From Leptospira biflexa (lineage in GTDB: Bacteria; Spirochaetota; Leptospiria; Turneriellales; DYLW01), in NCBI GenBank assembly GCA_020720785.1, contig DYOA01000012.1, forward strand, positions 924 through 64,923: a stretch of DNA of 64,000 nucleotides, read 5' to 3'. Below the pieces are notes generated by a model. It had not been told where the DNA came from. It was given only the letters and a program-made list of their open reading frames with translations, and did not search any database. The translations under genes were made by a program, and so were the position numbers. Positions 27,656 to 35,142 of this stretch are shown here, piece by piece. Every line of letters begins with the position of its first letter. Within the stretch, counting starts at the first letter, position 1.

Positions 27656-27676
27656 GATAGATACGGGGTATCTATC
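27656..27676. repeat. Perfect 9-bp hairpin just upstream of the glycosyltransferase RBS
   Basis: GATAGATAC-ggg-GTATCTATC. Confidence 0.6.
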
Positions 27677-27693
27677 CAGTTCAAGGGGGGGAT

Positions 27694-28851
27694 ATGGGCA
27701 AAATATTTTATTCTTTAGCAGGAGAGGGAAGAGGCCACGCCACCAGAGTCCAGACCATTGTGGATAGCCTCAGCAAAAAGCATTCCATTACCATCTTTGC
27801 ACCCAATCATGCTTATGATCTGTTAAAACCGCTCTATAAAAACGCAAAAAGCCGGCTTCGGGGCATTCGTTTGGTTCGGATTCCGGGCTTGTCTTTTCAT
27901 TATAATTCCAGAAAAGAACTGGACTATATCAAAACGGCCTATTATGGGTTGCGGTATTATCTGGCTCTTCCACGGCTGATTCATTGGATAAAAAAGAAGA
28001 TCGCTAAAGAAAAACCGGATTTGATCATCAGTGATTTTGATCCGGCTCTGCCTCGTGCAGCCAGAAAAATGAATCTGTCTTTCATCAGCCTGGATCACCA
28101 GCATTTTTTATCCACCTATGATCTTTCCTCTCTGCCCTGGCATCTGAAGCTTAAAACAGCCATGATGGCCATTGTTGTGAATATTATGTATGCCGGACAA
28201 AAGGAAACCATAGTTTCTTCGTTTTACTTCCCACCCTTAAGAAAGGGAATAAAAAACACCCGGCAGATTGGGGTGTTAATCCGGAATACGGTCAGGGACG
28301 CCCAGGTTGCAGAAGGAGATTATCTCTTGGCCTATCTGCGACGGTTTGCCGGGCAGAATATTCTGGACTCTCTCCGGAAATCCGGAAAACCGGTGAAAAT
28401 ATACGGCCTTGGAGCCAAGCCGGCGGAAGGCAATCTGGAATTCAAAAAAGTGGATAATCATGGTTTTGTTCAGGATCTGGCCGGTTGCAGGGCTTTGATC
28501 ACCACTGCCGGAAACCAGGTGATTGGTGAGGCTCTGTATCTGAAAAAACCGGTTCTGGCCATGCCGGAATCTAAAAATTTTGAGCAGGAGATCAATGGCC
28601 ATTTCATACGGGAATCCGGAACCGGACTGACGGTGGGATTTGATGAATTGAGTCCGGAAATTATGCACACCTTTCTGGATAATCTGGATGAATACAAAAA
28701 CAATATATCCAGCTATCCGGTATATGGGAATAACGAAGCTGTGGCCACCATAGAAAATCATTTATACAGGGCAAAGGAAGAAAGCAGAAAAAAAGCCAGG
28801 GAAATCCGGAGAGTCAAGAGTTTTTATGAAAAAGTTTTTTCCCCTTATTAA
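27694..28851 (+). CDS. GT-B glycosyltransferase (MJ1255/VC2487-like, Glyco_trans_1_3)
   Basis: MGKIFYSLAGEGRGHATR, PDLIISDFDP, SLDHQH, ITTAGNQVIGEALYLKKPVL and FEQEING motifs. Confidence 0.87.
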   Translation: MGKIFYSLAGEGRGHATRVQTIVDSLSKKHSITIFAPNHAYDLLKPLYKNAKSRLRGIRLVRIPGLSFHYNSRKELDYIKTAYYGLRYYLALPRLIHWIKKKIAKEKPDLIISDFDPALPRAARKMNLSFISLDHQHFLSTYDLSSLPWHLKLKTAMMAIVVNIMYAGQKETIVSSFYFPPLRKGIKNTRQIGVLIRNTVRDAQVAEGDYLLAYLRRFAGQNILDSLRKSGKPVKIYGLGAKPAEGNLEFKKVDNHGFVQDLAGCRALITTAGNQVIGEALYLKKPVLAMPESKNFEQEINGHFIRESGTGLTVGFDELSPEIMHTFLDNLDEYKNNISSYPVYGNNEAVATIENHLYRAKEESRKKAREIRRVKSFYEKVFSPY

Positions 28852-29893
28852 CACCATTATCCGTAACCGGATGGGAAAGGAAAGCCTCCCCCGTTTTCTG
28901 ACCTATATTGTGACATTCCGTTGCAATGCCCGCTGTATCATGTGTGATTCCTGGAAGAAGAACGGAAAGGAGGATTTATCTCTGGATGAAATAAAATCGA
29001 TTTTCCAGACCCTTCCCCGGATGGACATGGTCCGTCTGAGCGGAGGGGAGCCATTCATCCGGGATGACTTTGCGGAGATCATCGGGTTGACCCAGGAAAT
29101 TCTGCAACCGGAGGTTCTGCATATAACCTCCAATGGTTTTCTGACAGAAAAAATAGCATCCATACTGGAAAAACGGGATAAATCCATCCCCTTGTATTTT
29201 CTCCTTTCTCTGGATGGTTTGGAGCCGGTGCATAACCATGTCAGGGGGATCAAAACTGCCTGGAAAATGGCAACCCGCACGCTGGAAATCCTGGCTCCCC
29301 GCCAGAAAGAACTGAACATACGGTTGGGGGTGAATCAGACCATTGTGGATGAAAACGGTTTTGAGGAATATTTCCGGCTCAAGGAATTTCTGGCACGATA
29401 TGAAATCATGAATCACTTTGTGCTGGCTTATGACATCAGTGCAACCTATAACACGGAGAGTGAAATTAATCTGGCTCCTTCCAAGCTGGGGGAGTATTCC
29501 AGTTTTGCCGAATTTGATGCTTCCCGGTTGGAGTGGTTTTTATCCGAAATCCGGAAAGATATGAAGTATTATTCCTTTTCGGAAAAAATTGCCAAAAAAT
29601 ATTACCTTAAAGGGATAGAAAACCGGGTTCTCAACAAGAAAGCCATCCCCAATCCATCCTGTGTGGCTTTATCTTCACATTTGCGAATCCTGCCCGATGG
29701 AAAAATTCCCACCTGCCAGTTCAATACCCGGACAGCGGGAAACCTGCGTGAGTCATCGTTTGATGATATCTGGAATTCCTCGTTGCGGAAAAAACAGCGG
29801 GAATGGGTGAAAAATTGCCCCGGATGCTGGGCGGAGTGCGAAGCCCTCCCCAATGCTCTTTATACCGGAGATATTCTGCGGGCATTCTTTTAA
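28826..29893 (+). CDS. Radical SAM protein with a C-terminal SPASM/twitch domain
   Basis: CNARCIMC, LSGGEPF, ITSNG, SLDG, CVAL...PDGKIPTC...GNL...IWNS and CPGCWAEC motifs. Overlaps the GT 3' end by 26 nt. Confidence 0.9.
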   Translation: MKKFFPLINTIIRNRMGKESLPRFLTYIVTFRCNARCIMCDSWKKNGKEDLSLDEIKSIFQTLPRMDMVRLSGGEPFIRDDFAEIIGLTQEILQPEVLHITSNGFLTEKIASILEKRDKSIPLYFLLSLDGLEPVHNHVRGIKTAWKMATRTLEILAPRQKELNIRLGVNQTIVDENGFEEYFRLKEFLARYEIMNHFVLAYDISATYNTESEINLAPSKLGEYSSFAEFDASRLEWFLSEIRKDMKYYSFSEKIAKKYYLKGIENRVLNKKAIPNPSCVALSSHLRILPDGKIPTCQFNTRTAGNLRESSFDDIWNSSLRKKQREWVKNCPGCWAECEALPNALYTGDILRAFF

Positions 29894-32010
29894 GGGAAGC
29901 TGTCAATAGAAAAAAACAGACGTATTTCTTCCCATTTCACTTCTTTCAGCGTGAGATTCAAAGCTACCCCCGGATAAACGGATTTCTGAAAGCGGGGCAG
30001 GAAGGCTGAATATTCGGTGGTCATTTTCAGTTCCCCGGAATTGGACACCTCGGACACGGGAATCATTCCTTCAATCTGGTATTGATCCAGAAGCACAATA
30101 ATTCCCAAGGTATGAAAACCGGTGACAATTCCCCGAAATGGCTGGTTTTTCTGTTTTCTGATGAAGCGGATTGCGTTCAGCCTCTGGAGGGCTCTTTCTG
30201 CTTCCATGGCCAGCCTCTCCAGCCGGGATGTTTCCTTTGCTATAAACGTCAGATCTCCGGGGTTATAGGTCAGGGCTATTCTGTCCAGCCACGCATGGAT
30301 CTGGCGGTGAACCACTAAATCCGCATATCTGCGGATGGGGGAAGTAAAGTGTGTATAATTATCCATTTTGAGAGCCCAATGTCCGTGATTTTCCGCTGAA
30401 TAAACTGCCGGGGAAAACTGGCGGAGGAGAAGGTGTTGGAATATCACTTCCGCCGGATGGTTTTTTAACACATCCAGCATTTTCTGGATCTCACCGGAGG
30501 AGAAATCTTTCATGGAGCTTTCAATCCCCAGTCCGCTTATTATTTTATTGAGGGTGGACTGGTTTTCCTTTCCCGGCACGGGATGATTTCTATAAAGAAA
30601 AGGAAATTCATTCTGGGCTCCAAAATCGGCCGCACAGAAATTTGCACTGAGCATGAATTCTTCAATGAGGCGATTGGATTTGAGAATTTTCCCCGCAATA
30701 ATATCCTTGATGCTTCCGTTCTTGTCATAAACCATGACCGGCTGCGATATATTCAGATCTATTCTTCCGGCATTGTCTCTCTGACGGATCAGTTTTACGG
30801 CCAGCTCCCAGGAGTCTGTAAGAATGCTCCGGGTTTTCCGTATCTCGTTTTCTGCTTCATCATAGGTAAATCTTTTGTCTATGAAAATGATGGATTTATA
30901 AAAATAATATAATTCCAGACGGGCATCCTTATCAAAGTGCATTTCCACAGTGAATGCCAGTCGTTTAGTTTTTGGCTTGAGGCTGCAGAATTCTTCAGAC
31001 AGAATGGGGGGCAGCATGGGTATGACCACATTACCCAGATAATAGGAATTGCCTCTTTTTATCGCTTCCTTGTTCAGATCGCTGTCTGCGGAAACAAAAA
31101 ATGATACATCCGCAATATGGACATAAGCCACATAACCGTTTTCTTTTTTTACCAAAGAGATGGCGTCATCAAAGTCTTTGGCGTCTTTACCGTCTATGGT
31201 ATAAGTAAAAATTTGGGTGAGATTGACTCTCTTTTGGTTATTATACTCTTTTTCTACTATATTTTTTAATTCTTTTTTATTTAAGCCAAATGTTTCCTGG
31301 TATTGTCCCGGAAGATTATATTTTAAAATAACCCGGTTGATATCTGTCTGGACAGAATCCTTTGCATATTTTTCATGAAGCCGGTAGACTGGCATCTGCC
31401 GGAATGCGAGGTTTGCCCCATGCCTTTCCGGAATGGCCACCCGAACGGACTGGGACATCTCCTCTACCACAATATAGTCATTTATTTCCAGCCGGTCTTT
31501 GGATACCAATGCACCCCATGGATGATCCGGCAAGTCCATCAGTTCGATGATATAGGAGTCATGAGTTTTCTGGGTCACCCGTGCACTGAAGAAATCGGTG
31601 AATGACTGGATAATTTCCAGCACCTTTCCCTCAAATTTTTCCCGTGATTTTCCCGTGATTTCCACAAGTACCCGGTCACGGTGCTTTGCCTGTTTCCGGC
31701 TGGAAGGGGGGATGAAAATATCGTTGGGAAATCCCCCTTCCGCAAAAGCCACCCCCGTTCTTGTTGTGGAAAGCGTAGCTTCCACACAAAAAGGATGCAC
31801 GGGAATAATTTTATTTTTTTCCTGAGAAATCAATCCATAAGCTTCCAGTTCATCCAGGACTGTTCTGGACAGGTTTTCCACTTCTGCAGGAGTTTTTTTC
31901 TTTTTTTTCTGATTATATTTATGGTTCCAATGCCGGATTTCTTCATAAACCACCGGCTCGCCCCGTTTGTTTTTAAACTTTGTGAGATATTTTTCTATCA
32001 GATCTTTCAT
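29890..32010 (-). CDS. rnr: Ribonuclease R (RNB family)
   Basis: CSD ('DIFIPP...AKHRDRV'), TIDGKDAKDFDDAIS, IEEFMLSAN, YTHFTSPIRRYADLVVHR and a C-terminal S1 domain. Confidence 0.92.
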   Translation of the reverse strand: MKDLIEKYLTKFKNKRGEPVVYEEIRHWNHKYNQKKKKKTPAEVENLSRTVLDELEAYGLISQEKNKIIPVHPFCVEATLSTTRTGVAFAEGGFPNDIFIPPSSRKQAKHRDRVLVEITGKSREKFEGKVLEIIQSFTDFFSARVTQKTHDSYIIELMDLPDHPWGALVSKDRLEINDYIVVEEMSQSVRVAIPERHGANLAFRQMPVYRLHEKYAKDSVQTDINRVILKYNLPGQYQETFGLNKKELKNIVEKEYNNQKRVNLTQIFTYTIDGKDAKDFDDAISLVKKENGYVAYVHIADVSFFVSADSDLNKEAIKRGNSYYLGNVVIPMLPPILSEEFCSLKPKTKRLAFTVEMHFDKDARLELYYFYKSIIFIDKRFTYDEAENEIRKTRSILTDSWELAVKLIRQRDNAGRIDLNISQPVMVYDKNGSIKDIIAGKILKSNRLIEEFMLSANFCAADFGAQNEFPFLYRNHPVPGKENQSTLNKIISGLGIESSMKDFSSGEIQKMLDVLKNHPAEVIFQHLLLRQFSPAVYSAENHGHWALKMDNYTHFTSPIRRYADLVVHRQIHAWLDRIALTYNPGDLTFIAKETSRLERLAMEAERALQRLNAIRFIRKQKNQPFRGIVTGFHTLGIIVLLDQYQIEGMIPVSEVSNSGELKMTTEYSAFLPRFQKSVYPGVALNLTLKEVKWEEIRLFFSIDSFP

Positions 32011-32720
32011 TTCATAAATGCCAGAGTATGCCCATAAAACGGGGCAAAATTATCTTCCTGAAATACATTCTCCGGAAGATTCCGGATATAACTGGCTGCA
32101 TCGTTGAAGCTGAATCTGGCCATCGTAATTCCCGGAAAAGGGGGTTCCCCACTGTTAATCTTACTACTTGGCTCCTCCCAGACGTAATTGTGCCAGAGAT
32201 TTTCTTCCGGATAAACATGGGAATAAAATTCTCTTGCTTTCTCCATTAATGGATATGGAACCCCGGCGAAAAGATATTTTTCTCCTGAGTTCTGTGCAGA
32301 CAGTTTTTCTTCATTCAGAAATATCCGCCAGCTCTGGGGGAGGGACGCATAATATAAATTCCGGTTGGTGCGGAAGAAAAATGGTTTATCCGGGTCAATG
32401 GAAAATCCGGCTCTTTGAAAATCCAGAGAAGAAAATATCCCTCTGGGGAATCCGTAATAATCGCTTACGATCTGCATAAATAGAAAGGAAACACGCAGGG
32501 AAGTAAAGGATCCCGGTCCGCGTCCCAGCAGAATGCTTACCTCTTCGTTTTCTCTGGAGAAATATTTTTCCAGATTCTTGAAAGCATCCCGCATCCACGC
32601 ATCGTTTCCCTGCGGAATGGGAGTGTTTTCTGTATGGATTAATCTATGAACGCCATTCTCTGATTCCAGAACCATGGATAGAATCCAGGGTGTGGATGTG
32701 TCCAGGACAATAATTTTCAT
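32007..32720 (-). CDS. tsaB: tRNA threonylcarbamoyladenosine biosynthesis protein TsaB (divergent)
   Basis: MKIIVLDTST and GRGPGSFTSLRV motifs. Lies between tsaE and rnr with 4-nt overlaps. Confidence 0.75.
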   Translation of the reverse strand: MKIIVLDTSTPWILSMVLESENGVHRLIHTENTPIPQGNDAWMRDAFKNLEKYFSRENEEVSILLGRGPGSFTSLRVSFLFMQIVSDYYGFPRGIFSSLDFQRAGFSIDPDKPFFFRTNRNLYYASLPQSWRIFLNEEKLSAQNSGEKYLFAGVPYPLMEKAREFYSHVYPEENLWHNYVWEEPSSKINSGEPPFPGITMARFSFNDAASYIRNLPENVFQEDNFAPFYGHTLAFMK

Positions 32721-33202
32721 TTAATTTTCCTTAATGTTATTGTTCGGCAGTTGCTGGCAGTGATGTCAGGAAATTCCCGGCTTTCTTCCATTCCGGGGCA
32801 GAATGCCAATGCCACCTCATACACACTTACTCCCAGCATTTCCCAGTGAACCTGCGGCTTTTGTGGCCATTCCACCAGGGCAAAGAATGGATGGGTTTCC
32901 CATTCCGTAAAATCAATATCGCCAATGAAATCCACGGATGTCAACCGGTATAAATCCAGATGGTGAAGAATTACTCTTATCCCTTTATACCAGCCCTCAT
33001 ACTGGTGGTGGAGATTGAATGTGGGAGACTGAACTGTTTCCTGAATCTGAAGACAACGGGCAAATTCCCGGGTGAAGCTGGTTTTTCCGGTACCCATATC
33101 CCCGGACAGCAGCAGTATCACGGGAGGCTCCAGAAAATCCAGAATTTTCCAGGACATATCCGGAAGGCTTTCCCTTTCATAACTATCCTGTAGAAGAATC
33201 AT
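32717..33202 (-). CDS. tsaE: tRNA threonylcarbamoyladenosine biosynthesis ATPase TsaE
   Basis: LSGDMGTGKT, VQSPTF, HLDLYRL and LVEWP motifs. ATG 33202 forms an ATGA overlap with the upstream gene. Confidence 0.93.
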   Translation of the reverse strand: MILLQDSYERESLPDMSWKILDFLEPPVILLLSGDMGTGKTSFTREFARCLQIQETVQSPTFNLHHQYEGWYKGIRVILHHLDLYRLTSVDFIGDIDFTEWETHPFFALVEWPQKPQVHWEMLGVSVYEVALAFCPGMEESREFPDITASNCRTITLRKIK

Positions 33203-33996
33203 CGGGTAAATTCCCGCACCATGCATTCCGGATTATTTCCGCATTTGTATTCCAGGATTCCTTCCCAATGGATGGAGGGGGTCCGGCAGAAAATGATGTC
33301 AGCACCGGAAATCAGGGATCTTCCCTGCAGACGGGGAGGGGGAGACCCATCCAGAGCATTTTTTCCCACCGAACCCACGGAACAGCTTTTGAAGAGGATT
33401 GCTCCGGATCTTTTTGATCCATTCTGGAATATATCTGTATCTCTTTTTTCCTGCTCCTCCCGGGTGTCGTTTTCCCGGAAAGGGGATGAGGTGGGAATGG
33501 CAATGAAATCCGCCTTTTTATAACGGGAAAAAACATCCGGGATGAAAACGTCTGCACATATTAAAACCCCCCAGGTGGACTGGTCCTGGGGATGAACGAA
33601 AAATCCATCTTGGTCCCCTTCTGACAGAATTCCGGTTTCCTTCCCATAAAGACGGCGCTTCTCATAGCGTAGCAGGAGGTTTCCGTTGTGATAAACATGA
33701 GAAGAATTTTTATAATTGCCATTGATGTCCTGATCGATAATGGAACCACCAATAATCACCGTTTTGGGAAACCTCTGGGATAATTCTCGGAGCCATTGGA
33801 CGGCTTTATGCGATTCCCGGAAAAAATCTTCTCTGGACGATAGTTTATTGTGAAAAGCAAAATACTCCGGAAAAATAAATGTACCAGAGGAAGGGATATT
33901 CTTTGATAGAAAATCCCATTCCTGGTTTTCCCCCGGAGAAGTACTTATATCCGGCAATGGATATTCAATATTTCTTTGGAATAACTGAATATTCAT
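33199..33996 (-). CDS. Carbon-nitrogen hydrolase (nitrilase superfamily)
   Basis: Glu-Lys-Cys triad motifs FPEY, YEKRRL and LICAD. Confidence 0.87.
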   Translation of the reverse strand: MNIQLFQRNIEYPLPDISTSPGENQEWDFLSKNIPSSGTFIFPEYFAFHNKLSSREDFFRESHKAVQWLRELSQRFPKTVIIGGSIIDQDINGNYKNSSHVYHNGNLLLRYEKRRLYGKETGILSEGDQDGFFVHPQDQSTWGVLICADVFIPDVFSRYKKADFIAIPTSSPFRENDTREEQEKRDTDIFQNGSKRSGAILFKSCSVGSVGKNALDGSPPPRLQGRSLISGADIIFCRTPSIHWEGILEYKCGNNPECMVREFTR

Positions 33997-34076
33997 TCCT
34001 CTAAAAATGTTTCTTAATCACTCTGTCCATGATAAAATACTTTTCAGAACATCCTTTGATCCCAATCTGATCCCCT

Positions 34077-34901
34077 ATGGAAAAACAAGAGACGGTTAAA
34101 TACGATACCCCCTGGCGGAGAATGGCAACAGCCATTTACCAGTCGGCCCGCGATGGAAGGACTTATGGTACTTATGAAATGGATGTGACCAGTCTTTTGG
34201 GTTATATCCAGAAACAGAAAAAAAAGGGGATACATCTAACCGTAACCCAGATTATGGCATCCGCTCTGGGGAGAGCTCTGAGTGTGGATGTCCCCGAATT
34301 GAATGCATACGTTAAGAGAGGCAGGGTTGTGGGAAGAGAATCCGTGGATATTTTTATTGCGATATCCATTCCTGGCTCCAGGGATATGACAGGATTAGCG
34401 TTCCGCAACATTGACCGGAAAAGCCTTGCGGACATTTCAGAAGAGATGACCGTCCGGGTGGAAAAATCCCGGAAAAAACAGGAAGAAGGAGTGGCAAAGA
34501 ATAAAAACGTCCTGGCATCCATTCCCTGGCCATTCCGGAACTGGGTTTTTAATCTGATCCGCTTTATCAGCGTGGATTTATCCATTCCCATTGGGTTTAT
34601 GAAAATAAACGCCGGTTCTTTTGGGAGTGCCATGATCACCAACATCGGGGTGTTTGGCCTTCAGTTTGGTTTTGCAGCTTTGTTGCCTGCTTCCAATCTG
34701 CCCATTGTACTGGCGATGGGTAAGGCCGAGAAAAAACCTGTTGTAAGAAATAATAAAATTGTGATTCGGGATATCATTCCTCTGGGAGGGGTTTTTGATC
34801 ATCGCATTGTGGATGGAGCACAGGGAGGAAAACTGGCCTCTGCTCTCCAGAAATATGTGGAGAATCCTGCCTTATTGGAAATCCCCATAACCGACAATTA
34901 A
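34077..34901 (+). CDS. Stand-alone 2-oxoacid dehydrogenase E2-like acyltransferase catalytic domain
   Basis: WRRMATA, PELNAYV, GSAMITNIG and FDHRIVDG (catalytic His). No lipoyl or E3-binding domain. Confidence 0.87.
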   Translation: MEKQETVKYDTPWRRMATAIYQSARDGRTYGTYEMDVTSLLGYIQKQKKKGIHLTVTQIMASALGRALSVDVPELNAYVKRGRVVGRESVDIFIAISIPGSRDMTGLAFRNIDRKSLADISEEMTVRVEKSRKKQEEGVAKNKNVLASIPWPFRNWVFNLIRFISVDLSIPIGFMKINAGSFGSAMITNIGVFGLQFGFAALLPASNLPIVLAMGKAEKKPVVRNNKIVIRDIIPLGGVFDHRIVDGAQGGKLASALQKYVENPALLEIPITDN

Positions 34902-34924
34902 TTATATCTGCGTAAGGAGGAGTT

Positions 34925-35142
34925 ATGGAAAACCGGCCATGGATTAAGTTTTATGAAAAAGTCCCGGCTACTCTGAACTATCCGGACGTATCTATGGGTT
35001 GTTTATTGGTGTACCGGATGACTACTGAATGAACAAGCTCAAAGCGTTTGTGGTTCCATTAGAGAAAGGATTGGATACGGAAAGGCTGAGACAGCAACTA
35101 TTGGAAAATCAAGAAAAGGAAAAAGAAAAAAATAATAAATAA
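34925..35142 (+). pseudogene. Internally deleted long-chain acyl-CoA ligase (AMP-binding) remnant
   Basis: AAGGAGG RBS, then MENRPWIKFYEKVPATLNYPDVSM (ligase N-terminus). Immediately after, another frame reads IGVPDDY*MNKLKAFVVP (AMP-binding C-terminal domain motif). Confidence 0.7.

Noticed and set aside
31637-31658. 11-nt tandem repeat TTTTCCCGTGA x2 in rnr
   Set aside because: Only two copies inside an intact CDS; consistent with chance.
35015-35030. In-frame TGA in the ligase remnant as a selenocysteine or readthrough codon
   Set aside because: It lies in a frameshifted, deleted remnant with no SECIS-like hairpin; simple decay explains it.
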